From an uncultured archaeon (GTDB taxonomy: Archaea; Halobacteriota; Halobacteria; Halobacteriales; Haloferacaceae): 59,584 nt of DNA. The position numbers were made by a program, and so were the translations under genes. The DNA lies in contig CAKZPG010000096.1 in NCBI GenBank assembly GCA_937138675.1, positions 1 to 59,584 on the forward strand, given 5' to 3'. The notes beneath the pieces are model-generated. The model did not search any database and had not been told where the DNA came from. It saw only the letters and a program-made list of their open reading frames with translations. Below, piece after piece: positions 46,975 to 56,270 of the stretch. How positions within the stretch are numbered: position 1 is the first letter of the stretch; each line of letters opens with the position of its first letter.

Positions 46975-46985
46975 TGGCCCGACGC

Positions 46986-47642
46986 TCAGGCGTCGAGCGG
47001 TTCGGGGTCGGCTCGCTTCGACTCGGCTGACACCTCGGCGACCGTCGTGATCGCGACCTCGGGGCTGTAGACCGGCCCCATCGTGACGTGTCTGAACGAG
47101 TCGTAGCCGGCCTCAACGAACATCCGGTCGGCCTCGTCCTCGCCATAGAACAGCATAATCGCATCTGCGACGCGCTTCATCACGGAGGTCTGGGGGTTGT
47201 TCGGCCCGACGACCAGCACCTGCCCGCCCGGGCGACAGACCCGTCGGAGTTCGACTAGCGCGTCCACGGGGTTCGGCCAGTACTCGATCGACCCGGAAGA
47301 CCAGACCACGTCGAAGGCGTCGTCGGCGAAGGGAAGTCGCTCTGCGTCCCCGCGGAAGAAGCGGACACGCCCGTGCTTGTCGAACTTCGTAAACGCCTTT
47401 TGCATCTGGTGGACGCTCTGGTCGAGGCCGTGGACCTCGTCGACCCGCTCGAGCAGTCCCTCGGTCGCGAAGCCGGTGCCACAGCCGACGTCGAGGACAC
47501 GGTCGTCCCGGTCGAGTTCTAAGAGATCGAGTGCCTCCGTGCGCATCTCTTCGGTCCAGATGAACTTGTTCACCTGGTCGTACACTTTCGACAGGTACCG
47601 ATAGAACAGCCGCGCCCGCGTCTTGTTCTCGAGGACGCCCAT
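46986..47642 (-). CDS. Class I SAM-dependent methyltransferase (UbiE/MenG-like)
   Basis: 218 aa. Motif I VLDVGCGTGF. Post-I and motif III patterns (FDVVWSSGSIEYW, LRRVCRPGGQVLVVGP). Confidence 0.85.
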   Translation of the reverse strand: MGVLENKTRARLFYRYLSKVYDQVNKFIWTEEMRTEALDLLELDRDDRVLDVGCGTGFATEGLLERVDEVHGLDQSVHQMQKAFTKFDKHGRVRFFRGDAERLPFADDAFDVVWSSGSIEYWPNPVDALVELRRVCRPGGQVLVVGPNNPQTSVMKRVADAIMLFYGEDEADRMFVEAGYDSFRHVTMGPVYSPEVAITTVAEVSAESKRADPEPLDA

Positions 47643-47730
47643 TAGCCCAAGTTACGCGTGCGCGAGTATGAACCCAACGGCTTCAGCCGACGCCAGCAGT
47701 CTCGCCGGTCGGCCGTCTTCCGCAAACCCC

Positions 47731-47736
47731 TTATAC
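47731..47736 (+). promoter_or_regulatory. TATA-box-like element upstream of the atp cluster
   Basis: TTATAC lies about 30 nt upstream of the atpH ATG (47765), consistent with a leaderless or short-leader haloarchaeal promoter. Confidence 0.4.
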
Positions 47737-47764
47737 GAACGTGGCTCTATCGCCGGATGATAGG

Positions 47765-48097
47765 ATGCCACGAACGGAGGTTCTCGAACGGGTCAAGGAG
47801 GCCGAGCGTGAGGCCACCGAGCTAGTCGAAGAGGCCGAGTCCGACCGCGAGGACCGGATCGCGGAGGCGCGCCGTGAGGCAGAGACGATCCGCGAGCAGG
47901 CAGAGGCGGAGGCCACCGCGGGGCGTGAACAGCGGGTTGAGGAGGCCCGTGAGGAGATCGAGGCCGAGCGTGAGCGAATCCTCGAGCGGGGACAGCGCGA
48001 GCGCCGCGACCTCCGCGAGGCCGCCGCCGACAACGAGGCGGATGCGGTCGAGTACGCGATTGAGCGCTTCGAGGAGGCGATCCGTGCGCTCGACTGA
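47765..48097 (+). CDS. atpH: A-type ATP synthase subunit H
   Basis: 110 aa Glu/Arg/Ala-rich coiled-coil protein (MPRTEVLERVKEAEREATELVEEAE...). First gene of the atp cluster. Confidence 0.85.
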   Translation: MPRTEVLERVKEAEREATELVEEAESDREDRIAEARREAETIREQAEAEATAGREQRVEEAREEIEAERERILERGQRERRDLREAAADNEADAVEYAIERFEEAIRALD

Positions 48098-48112
48098 GAT
48101 GGTGAGCCGACC

Positions 48113-50377
48113 GTGACGGCCCTCCGCCCCCGGCGGATGAGCAAGGTCTCGGTCACGGGGTCGCGGCGCGTCCTCTCGGGCGTGGTCGAGACCGTCCACA
48201 CCCAGCGCCTTCTCCACGTCACCGAGTACGACGACTCGTGGGAGGGGTTCGCCCCTGGTAACCCCGCGAGTGACGCTGAGGAGGCTGCAGAACAGCTGGT
48301 CACGGTCCGGGCGCTCAAGAGCATCCTTGGGGTCATCCCCGAGGACGCCGGGCCGAGGCGTGTCCTCTCTGACGAGGAGGTCGAGACCGAACTCAGGGAC
48401 GTGCGCGATCAGGTGAACAAACTCGACGACCGGCGCGACGCGATCGAGGACCGGATCGGGGAGATCGAAGAGTCGCTTGACGCCGTTGAGCCGTTCGTGG
48501 CGCTGGGTATCGACCTCGACCTGCTCTCGGGCTACGACAGCCTCCAGGTCGCGGTCGGCGAGGGCCGACCCGACGATATTGAGCGCGCGGTTGTCGACGC
48601 CGACGACCTGCGGGAGTTCGAGATATACGCCGAAGACAGCGTCGTGGCCGTCTTTGCCCGCCCTGCCCGGAATGCCGGGAAGAGCGCGCTCTCGGACGCA
48701 TTGGTTCGCACCGAGTTCTCGGCGCTTGAGGTGCCCGATACCTCGGGTGACCCCGCTCAGTACGTCTCCGAACTGGAGTCGGAGCGTGCGTCGCTTCGGG
48801 GCGATCTTGAGTCCGTTGAGGCCGATATCGATGCTCTCCGCGAACAGACCGGCGGCTTCCTCCTCGCGGCAGAAGAGCATCTCTCTGTTCAGGTCAAGAA
48901 GGCCGAGGCGCCGCTCTCGTTCGCGACGACAGCGAACGCCTTTGTCGCCGAGGGCTGGGTACCTTCGGACGAGTACACCGCGTTCAAACGTGATCTCACC
49001 GAGGCGGTCGATGACCGCGTTGAGGTTGAGGAACTGGAGCGGGCGAGCTTCGGCTCCGACGGCACAGAGATCCACCGTGAGAAACTCCCCGGCGACGGCG
49101 ACGCAGGCGCTGGCAAGCCCGCAGCGGCCGACGGTGGTGACCAGCAAGCCCGCGCGGACGGCGGGATGGCCGCGAGCGTGGGCACGGTCGTGATGCGCGA
49201 CGACAGCCCGCCGGTCGTCCAGAGCAACCCAGGCTCAGTCGGCTACTTTGAGACGCTGGTGAAGGCGGTCGGTCGCCCGAGCTACACGGAACTGGACCCG
49301 ACGATCATCCTGTTTCTGACCTTCCCGGCGTTCTTTGGGTTCATGATCGGTGACCTGGGATACGGTATCGTATACGTTGCTATCGGCTGGTACATGTACC
49401 AGAACCTCGACTCGCCCGCTCTGAAGAGCATGGGCGGCATCACGCTGTTCGCGGGCGGGTTCACGGCGCTGTTTGGGATTCTCTACGGCGAGCTGTTCGG
49501 GCTCCACCTGATTTCGACGTACTTCTGGGAGGGTGTCGTAGGGCTGTCACACCCGCCGATGGAGAAGGGGCTCTCACCAAACCAGATTTCGTGGGCGCAG
49601 ACGTGGCTCGTTCTGAGCCTGCTTCTCGGGATCGTCCATCTCACCGTGGGCTACCTCTTTGACTTCTACGAGAACCTCGAGTTCCACGGCGCGAAAGACG
49701 CCCTGCTCGAGAGCGGGTCGTGGATCCTGATGCTGAACGGCCTCTGGGTCTGGGTGTTCAGCCTGGCCGCCGCCGGCACCGTCCCCGACTTTGTCTTTAC
49801 AGTCTTCGACGGCACCGGCGCGGCGCCGGAGGCAAGCGGTGAGTTCGCCCACGCAGTCTACCAGCTTGGGTTCAACGGGCTCCCGGCGGCCGTGGGCTAC
49901 CTCGGCGCGGCCGCGTTCTTCGTCGGCCTGATACTCCTCGCTGTCGGTGATCCCGTGGAGATCGTCGAGTTCCTGCAGGTGCTGGTGAACGTACTGTCGT
50001 ACACCCGGATCGCCGCGGTGTTGCTGGCGAAGGCCGGCATGGCGTTCACGGTGAACCTGCTCGTGTTCGGCGCCTATCAGGAGAACGGTAACTTCCACTT
50101 CCTGCTCAGCCACGGGCCGGAGTGGGTCGCAGCGGAGTACGGCGGCGAGGCGACGGTTATCTTTGGCGGCCTGTTCCACGGCGGGATCGCGTTGGTCTTT
50201 GTCGGACTGGTCGTTCTTGTCCTCGGCCACGTTCTGGTGCTGGCGCTCGGTGTGACGAGCGCCGGCCTTCAGGCGGTGCGGCTGGAGTACGTCGAGTTCT
50301 TCGGGAAGTTCTTCGAGGGCGACGGAACGCCCTACAGTCCGTTCGGGACCGAGCGGCGCTACACTGCGGACGAGTAG
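48113..50377 (+). CDS. atpI: A-type ATP synthase subunit I
   Basis: 754 aa with a GTG start ((M)TALRPRRMSKVSVTG...). Soluble N-terminal half plus about 7 TM spans, with the conserved LSYTRIAAVLLAK segment. Confidence 0.93.
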   Translation: MTALRPRRMSKVSVTGSRRVLSGVVETVHTQRLLHVTEYDDSWEGFAPGNPASDAEEAAEQLVTVRALKSILGVIPEDAGPRRVLSDEEVETELRDVRDQVNKLDDRRDAIEDRIGEIEESLDAVEPFVALGIDLDLLSGYDSLQVAVGEGRPDDIERAVVDADDLREFEIYAEDSVVAVFARPARNAGKSALSDALVRTEFSALEVPDTSGDPAQYVSELESERASLRGDLESVEADIDALREQTGGFLLAAEEHLSVQVKKAEAPLSFATTANAFVAEGWVPSDEYTAFKRDLTEAVDDRVEVEELERASFGSDGTEIHREKLPGDGDAGAGKPAAADGGDQQARADGGMAASVGTVVMRDDSPPVVQSNPGSVGYFETLVKAVGRPSYTELDPTIILFLTFPAFFGFMIGDLGYGIVYVAIGWYMYQNLDSPALKSMGGITLFAGGFTALFGILYGELFGLHLISTYFWEGVVGLSHPPMEKGLSPNQISWAQTWLVLSLLLGIVHLTVGYLFDFYENLEFHGAKDALLESGSWILMLNGLWVWVFSLAAAGTVPDFVFTVFDGTGAAPEASGEFAHAVYQLGFNGLPAAVGYLGAAAFFVGLILLAVGDPVEIVEFLQVLVNVLSYTRIAAVLLAKAGMAFTVNLLVFGAYQENGNFHFLLSHGPEWVAAEYGGEATVIFGGLFHGGIALVFVGLVVLVLGHVLVLALGVTSAGLQAVRLEYVEFFGKFFEGDGTPYSPFGTERRYTADE

Positions 50378-50399
50378 CACCTGCTCGTCGGGCTCTTTT
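50369..50399 (+). terminator. Hairpin plus T4 at the atpI stop (possible attenuator between atpI and atpK)
   Basis: GACGAG-tagcacctg-CTCGTC (50369-50389; the loop contains the TAG stop), followed by GGGCTCTTTTC (T4 at 50396-50399). Confidence 0.35.
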
Positions 50400-50536
50400 C
50401 AACTTCGGGCCGCTCTACCGACTGGCCTGGCACGTGATGGTCCGTGACAGTCAGGCGCCGGCTTTGAGAACCTTTATGCGCCCTTCCGGGTGAATCGTGA
50501 TCTGTTCCGAGCGGTCCTCGGACAGTTCCAGCCATT

Positions 50537-50788
50537 ATGATTGAGACCGCAACACAGCTGGCGAGTGTCGTACTGCAATCATCTGCGCCGGGTATCCCTG
50601 CCACGGCGGCTGCAGCGCTAGCCGTCGGGTTGGCGGCCTTAGGTGCGGGCTACGCCGAGCGAGGTATCGGTGCCGCGGCAGTGGGTGCCTTGGCAGAGGA
50701 CGAGAGCCTCTTTGTCCGAGGACTGATCTTCACTGTCCTACCGGAGACGCTGGTTATCCTCGCGCTGGTCGTCGTCTTCCTGGTCTGA
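50537..50788 (+). CDS. atpK: A-type ATP synthase subunit K (proteolipid)
   Basis: 83 aa, two TM helices. GAGYAERGIG loop and the ion-binding Glu in LPETLVI. Confidence 0.93.
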   Translation: MIETATQLASVVLQSSAPGIPATAAAALAVGLAALGAGYAERGIGAAAVGALAEDESLFVRGLIFTVLPETLVILALVVVFLV

Positions 50789-50798
50789 TCGCCCACCA

Positions 50799-51392
50799 AT
50801 GAGCCTTGAGACGGTCGTCGAGGACATCAGGGAAGAAGCCCGCGAAGAGGCCGCCGCGATCCGCGACGAAGGCGAGGCCCGCGCCGAGGAGATCGTCTCC
50901 GAGGCCGAGGCGGACGCCGAGCGGGTCCACGAGGAGGCCGAACGTGAGACCGAGCGCCAGATAGAGCGCGAGCGCGAACAGGCCGTCTCGAGCGCGAAGC
51001 TCGAGGCGAAACAGGAGCGACTGGAGGCGCGACGCGACGCGCTCCAGCAGGTTCGCGAAGCCGCCCAAGAGCGTGTCGCCTCGATGGAGGGTGAGCGTCG
51101 CACGGAGCTCACCAGCGCGCTCCTCGCGAACGCAGCCGAGGAGTTCGACGACGCCGACACTGTATCGGTCTACTGCCGTGCCGACGACGAGGCGCTGGTC
51201 GAGGAACTCGTCGACGAGTTCGACGAGTTCGACGGGGTCGCTCTCGCTGGCGAAGTCGACTGCCTCGGCGGCGTGGTCGTCGAAAGCGAGTCCAGCCGCG
51301 TCCGGGTCGACAACACGTTCGACTCGGTGATCGACGACATCTGGGAGGACAGCTTGAAGGACGTGAGCGACCGACTGTTTCCCGACGGATGA
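50799..51392 (+). CDS. atpE: A-type ATP synthase subunit E
   Basis: 197 aa. MSLETVVEDIREEAREEAAAIRDEGE..., charged coiled coil plus a globular C-terminus. Confidence 0.92.
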   Translation: MSLETVVEDIREEAREEAAAIRDEGEARAEEIVSEAEADAERVHEEAERETERQIEREREQAVSSAKLEAKQERLEARRDALQQVREAAQERVASMEGERRTELTSALLANAAEEFDDADTVSVYCRADDEALVEELVDEFDEFDGVALAGEVDCLGGVVVESESSRVRVDNTFDSVIDDIWEDSLKDVSDRLFPDG

Positions 51393-52438
51393 GTACCGCC
51401 AGTGGCACGTCGAACCCAGAGTACGTCGTCGCGCGGGTCCGTGCCCGCAAGGCGTCGCTGTTCGGCGATGACGACTACCGGAAGCTCGTGCGCATGGGGC
51501 CGGCAGAGATCGCTCGACAGATGGAGGAGTCCACCTACGAGGACGAAATAAACGCCCTCGGGGCGCGCTACTCCGGCGTCGACCTCGTCGAGTACGCACT
51601 GAACCGTGATCTCGCGGGCCAGTTCGACGACGTACTCGGGTGGACCGAAGGGCGACTGTACGACCTGATCGCGCGGTATCTCCGGAAGTTCGACGCGTGG
51701 AACGTCAAGACAGTCATTCGTGGGCTCTACTCCAACGTCGACCGTGAGACCGTCGAAGCGGACCTGATCCGCGCCGGCGAATTCTCCGACCGGCAGGTCG
51801 ACCGTCTGCTCAACGCCGGGTCGATAGAGGGGGTCGTCGAGGTTCTCGACGGAACACTATACGGCGGCCCGCTCGCCGACGCGCTCGAGGAGTACGAGGA
51901 TGCGGGTGTACTCGTTCCCCTCGAGAACGCCGTCGACCGCGCGTACTACGAACAGCTGCTCGCGAACCTCGTCGTCGACGAGGCAACCGAGATGTACCGC
52001 GAGTTTCTGACCGCCGAGATCGACTTCCGGAACGCCCGGAACGGCCTACGGCTCGCCCGGTCGGGCGCGGACCTCGACCCGGCGGCGTACTACATCGACG
52101 GCGGCCGGCTGTTCTCCGCGTCGGAGCTATCCGCGCTCTCGGAGAGCCGTGACGAACTGCTCGCGCGGATTCGTGACAGCGTCTACGGTGACCAGCTTGA
52201 CAATGCACTCACCGTGGTCGAGGAGACGGAGAGTCTCATCGGCTTCGAGCGTGCACTGGAGACGGCACTCCAATCCTATGCCGACCGGCTCGGGGTTGTC
52301 CACCCGCTCTCGGTGACGCCGGTCGTGTCGTATATCCTCGCAAAGGAGCGCGAGGTCGACAACATCCGGGCGATCGCTCGCGGCCGTGAGGCCGGACTCT
52401 CACCCGAGCGGATCGAAGCAGAGCTGGTGGTGCTATGA
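51389..52438 (+). CDS. atpC: A-type ATP synthase subunit C
   Basis: 349 aa. ATGA start/stop overlap with atpE. Position and size fit subunit C (d). Confidence 0.9.
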   Translation: MSTASGTSNPEYVVARVRARKASLFGDDDYRKLVRMGPAEIARQMEESTYEDEINALGARYSGVDLVEYALNRDLAGQFDDVLGWTEGRLYDLIARYLRKFDAWNVKTVIRGLYSNVDRETVEADLIRAGEFSDRQVDRLLNAGSIEGVVEVLDGTLYGGPLADALEEYEDAGVLVPLENAVDRAYYEQLLANLVVDEATEMYREFLTAEIDFRNARNGLRLARSGADLDPAAYYIDGGRLFSASELSALSESRDELLARIRDSVYGDQLDNALTVVEETESLIGFERALETALQSYADRLGVVHPLSVTPVVSYILAKEREVDNIRAIARGREAGLSPERIEAELVVL

Positions 52439-52767
52439 GTCGGGAGATCGCTGTCGTCGGCAGTCCCGAGTTCACGACTGGCTTCCGGCTTGCGGGTGTC
52501 CGCCGGTGCGAGAACGTGCCTGACGGCGAGAAGGCAACGGCGCTGGACGACGCCGTCGAGTCGGTGCTAGACGACGACGGGGTCGGGATCGTCGTGATGC
52601 ATGACGATGACACCGATCATCTCTCGCGGCGCGTTCGCGAACGCGTCGAGACAAGCATCGAGCCGGTCGTCGTCACGCTCGGCGCGTCGGGCGCCGGCGG
52701 ACTGCGCGGGCAGATCAAGCGAGCCATCGGGATCGACCTGATGGACGAGGAGGAAGACGATACATGA
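52435..52767 (+). CDS. atpF: A-type ATP synthase subunit F
   Basis: 110 aa. ATGA overlaps on both sides. [18 protein letters not shown] is typical. Confidence 0.9.
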   Translation: MSREIAVVGSPEFTTGFRLAGVRRCENVPDGEKATALDDAVESVLDDDGVGIVVMHDDDTDHLSRRVRERVETSIEPVVVTLGASGAGGLRGQIKRAIGIDLMDEEEDDT

Positions 52768-54527
52768 GTCAAACAACACAAGAGACCGCCGAGGACGGCG
52801 ACGGGCGGATCGCGAGCGTGAGCGGTCCGGTCGTCACCGCATCTGGGCTTGACGCCCGGATGAACGACGTCGTCTACGTCGGTGAGGAAGGCCTCATGGG
52901 CGAGGTCATCGAGATCGAGGGCGATGTCACGACCGTACAGGTGTACGAGGAGACCTCCGGGGTCAGCCCGGGCGAACCGGTGGCGAACACTGGGGAGCCG
53001 CTGACCGTCGACCTCGGGCCGGGCATGCTCGACGCCATCTACGACGGCGTCCAGCGCCCGCTCGACGTGCTGGAGGAGAAACTGGGCTCCGCGTTCCTTG
53101 ACCGCGGCGTCGACGCGCCCGGCATCGATCTTGAGGAGGAGTGGGAGTTCCATCCCGAGGTCGAGGAGGGCGACACGATCGAGGCTGGCGATGTTATCGG
53201 TATCGTCCCAGAGACGGTGACGATCGACCACAAGGTGCTGGTCCCGCCGGACTTCGAGGGCGGCGAGGTCGTTGAGGCCCACGAGGGAAGCTTCAGTGTC
53301 GACGACCCCGTTGTCGAACTCGATACGGGCGAGTCGCTCACGATGCATCAGGAGTGGCCGGTCCGCGAGGCTCGGCCCACCGTCGAGAAGCGCTCGCCGC
53401 GCAGCCCACTGGTGTCCGGCCAGCGCATCCTTGACGGCCTCTTTCCCATCGCGAAGGGCGGTACGGCCGCGATTCCGGGGCCGTTCGGCTCCGGGAAGAC
53501 CGTCACCCAGCACCAGCTCGCCAAGTGGGCCGACGCCGACATCGTCATCTACGTCGGCTGTGGCGAGCGCGGGAACGAGATGACCGAGGTCATCGAAGAC
53601 TTCCCAGACCTAGAGGACCCGACGACCGGGAACGCCCTGATGGACCGGACCTGCCTCATCGCGAACACGTCGAACATGCCAGTCGCGGCCCGCGAGTCCT
53701 GCGTCTACACCGGGATCACGATCGCGGAGTACTACCGCGATATGGGCTATGACGTCGCGTTGATGGCCGACTCCACCTCGCGGTGGGCGGAGGCGATGCG
53801 CGAGATCAGCTCACGGCTGGAGGAGATGCCCGGCGAAGAGGGCTATCCCGCGTATCTGGCCGCGCGGCTCTCGCAGTTCTACGAACGTGCTGGCCTGTTC
53901 GACAATCTGAACGGCACGGAGGGGTCGGTGTCGGTCATTGGCGCTGTCTCGCCGCCTGGCGGCGACTTCTCGGAGCCGGTCACACAGAACACGCTGCGTA
54001 TCGTCAAGACGTTCTGGGCGCTGGACGCCGATCTCGCCGAGCGCCGACACTTCCCCTCGATCAACTGGAACGAGTCATACTCGCTCTACCGCGACCAGCT
54101 CGACCCGTGGTTCGAGGGGGAGGTCAGCGAGAACTGGCCCGAGCGCCGTCAGTGGGCAATCGACACGCTTGATGAGGAAGCCGAACTCCAGGAGATCGTC
54201 CAGCTCGTCGGAAAGGACGCCCTGCCCGACGACCAGCAGCTGACCCTCGAGGTCGCGCGGTACCTGCGGGAGGCGTATCTCCAGCAGAACGCGTTCCACC
54301 CGACAGACACCTACTGCTCGCCGCAGAAGACGTTCGCCATCCTCGGCGCCATCAGGGCGTTCAACGACGAAGCGTTCAGCGCGCTCGAGGCTGGCGTTCC
54401 AGTCGAGGAGATAACCGATATCGAAGCCGTCCCGCGGCTGAACCGTATCGGCGTCCAGGAGGACTGGGAGGAGTACGTCGCCGAACTAGAGTCTACGATC
54501 GAGAGCCAACTCAGGGAGAAGTACTGA
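52764..54527 (+). CDS. atpA: A-type ATP synthase catalytic subunit A
   Basis: 587 aa. Walker [10 protein letters not shown]. No intein. Confidence 0.98.
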   Translation: MSQTTQETAEDGDGRIASVSGPVVTASGLDARMNDVVYVGEEGLMGEVIEIEGDVTTVQVYEETSGVSPGEPVANTGEPLTVDLGPGMLDAIYDGVQRPLDVLEEKLGSAFLDRGVDAPGIDLEEEWEFHPEVEEGDTIEAGDVIGIVPETVTIDHKVLVPPDFEGGEVVEAHEGSFSVDDPVVELDTGESLTMHQEWPVREARPTVEKRSPRSPLVSGQRILDGLFPIAKGGTAAIPGPFGSGKTVTQHQLAKWADADIVIYVGCGERGNEMTEVIEDFPDLEDPTTGNALMDRTCLIANTSNMPVAARESCVYTGITIAEYYRDMGYDVALMADSTSRWAEAMREISSRLEEMPGEEGYPAYLAARLSQFYERAGLFDNLNGTEGSVSVIGAVSPPGGDFSEPVTQNTLRIVKTFWALDADLAERRHFPSINWNESYSLYRDQLDPWFEGEVSENWPERRQWAIDTLDEEAELQEIVQLVGKDALPDDQQLTLEVARYLREAYLQQNAFHPTDTYCSPQKTFAILGAIRAFNDEAFSALEAGVPVEEITDIEAVPRLNRIGVQEDWEEYVAELESTIESQLREKY

Positions 54528-54528
54528 A

Positions 54529-55959
54529 ATGAAAGAGTACGAGACAATCACCGAGATCAGCGGCCCGCTGGTGTTCGCCGAGGTCGACGAGCCGATCGGC
54601 TACGACGAGATCGTCGAGATCAAGACGGCGAACGGCGAGACCAGGCGCGGCCAGATTCTCGAGTCGTCCGACGGCCTCGTCGCTATTCAGGTGTTCGAGG
54701 GGACGTCCGGGATCGACCGCAACGCGTCCGTCAGCTTCACCGGCGAGACGCTGAAGATGCCCGTTACCGAGGACCTTCTCGGGCGGGTGATGGACGGGAC
54801 TGGACAGCCGATCGACGGTGGTCCAGAGATCGTTCCGGACAGTCGGCGTGACATCGTCGGCGCCGCAATCAACCCCGTCTCGCGTGAGTATCCGGAGGAG
54901 TTCATCCAGACTGGCGTGAGCGCTATCGATGGGATGAACACGCTCGTGCGGGGCCAGAAGCTCCCGATCTTCTCGGGCTCCGGCCTGCCGCACAACGAAC
55001 TCGCCCTGCAGGTCGCCCGTCAGGCGACCGTTCCCGAAGAGGAAGACGGGGAGGACGACGAGGGAACAGAGTTCGCGGTGATCTTCGGCGCAATGGGGAT
55101 CACCCAGGAGGAGGCCAACGAGTTCATGAATGACTTCGAGCGCACGGGCGCACTGGAGCGCTCGGTCGTCTTCATGAACCTCGCGGACGACCCCGCCGTC
55201 GAGCGGACGGTCACACCGCGGCTGGCGCTGACCACCGCTGAATACCTCGCGTTCGACAAGGGCTACCACGTGCTCGTCATTCTGACGGACATGACGAACT
55301 ACTGTGAGGCCCTGCGCGAGATCGGTGCGGCTCGCGAGGAAGTCCCGGGGCGCCGGGGCTACCCGGGCTACATGTACACCGACTTGGCTCAGCTGTACGA
55401 GCGTGCGGGCCGAATCGAGGGCCGCGAGGGGTCTGTCACACAGATCCCAATCCTCACGATGCCAGGTGACGACGACACGCACCCGATCCCCGACCTGACT
55501 GGATATATCACAGAGGGCCAGATCTACGTCGACCGCGATCTAAACTCGCAGGGGATCCAGCCCCCCGTCAACGTCCTGCCCAGCCTCTCGCGGCTGATGG
55601 ACGACGGTATCGGCGAGGGACTGACCCGCGCTGACCACGCGGACGTCTCCGACCAGATGTACGCGGCGTACGCGGAGGGCGAGGACCTGCGTGACCTCGT
55701 TAACATCGTCGGTCGCGAGGCGCTGTCCGACCGTGACAACCGCTATCTGGACTTCGCCGACCGGTTCGAGGCCGAGTTCGTTGACCAGGGGTTCGACACG
55801 AACCGCTCTATCGACCAGAGTCTCGGCATCGGCTGGGACCTCCTCTCGACGCTCCCGAAGGAGGAACTCAACCGCATCGATGAGGAACTCATCGAGCAGT
55901 ACTACACTGACGAGGATGATCAGGAGTCAGAGCAGGAAGCGGGAGCGACCGCGGACTAA
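54529..55959 (+). CDS. atpB: A-type ATP synthase subunit B
   Basis: 476 aa. Start lies 1 nt after the atpA stop. Typical B-subunit strings [15 protein letters not shown]. Confidence 0.98.
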   Translation: MKEYETITEISGPLVFAEVDEPIGYDEIVEIKTANGETRRGQILESSDGLVAIQVFEGTSGIDRNASVSFTGETLKMPVTEDLLGRVMDGTGQPIDGGPEIVPDSRRDIVGAAINPVSREYPEEFIQTGVSAIDGMNTLVRGQKLPIFSGSGLPHNELALQVARQATVPEEEDGEDDEGTEFAVIFGAMGITQEEANEFMNDFERTGALERSVVFMNLADDPAVERTVTPRLALTTAEYLAFDKGYHVLVILTDMTNYCEALREIGAAREEVPGRRGYPGYMYTDLAQLYERAGRIEGREGSVTQIPILTMPGDDDTHPIPDLTGYITEGQIYVDRDLNSQGIQPPVNVLPSLSRLMDDGIGEGLTRADHADVSDQMYAAYAEGEDLRDLVNIVGREALSDRDNRYLDFADRFEAEFVDQGFDTNRSIDQSLGIGWDLLSTLPKEELNRIDEELIEQYYTDEDDQESEQEAGATAD

Positions 55960-56270
55960 CGGCTCGACACGACTCCTCATCTGTCGCGGTTGCCCCCCGC
56001 TTAGTAGCACGACCGGCTCGTGGCGCGGCCACTCGTGGGGAACGTTCTGTTCTCACAAGGGCTGTCGGCACGTCACCGAGAAGACGGAGAGTCCTCCAGC
56101 GTACAGTGAGTCGGTGGGACGCCCGCAGGCGGCGACTGTGCCCGTCAGGTAACCGAGACATACAATGGAGCCGTCAGTCGCCGTTGCCGGCAGCGAGCGC
56201 GATAGAGAGGATCGCGCCAACAGGACGGTATGGTCTCTTCCAATCCCGAACGCACATCAGGGGTGCGAGC

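Noticed and set aside
46494-46985. Tested whether the orphan block is RNase P RNA, SRP (7S) RNA or a tRNA.
   Set aside because: By eye, neither strand has the universal RNase P P4 string GAGGAAAGUCC; the closest is CCGAAGUCG. Neither has the SRP helix-8 GGAA...AGCA motif or a GGTTCRAATCC T-loop. The size (~440 nt) would fit RNase P RNA, so a covariance-model search is still needed. I cannot support the call.
56174-56257. 27-codon minus-strand ORF (MCVRDWKRPYRPVGAILSIALAAGNGD) just upstream of the membrane gene in the atp cluster.
   Set aside because: Very short, basic, only a weak hydrophobic stretch, no supporting signal, and 13 nt from the divergent GTG start. It cannot be distinguished from chance.
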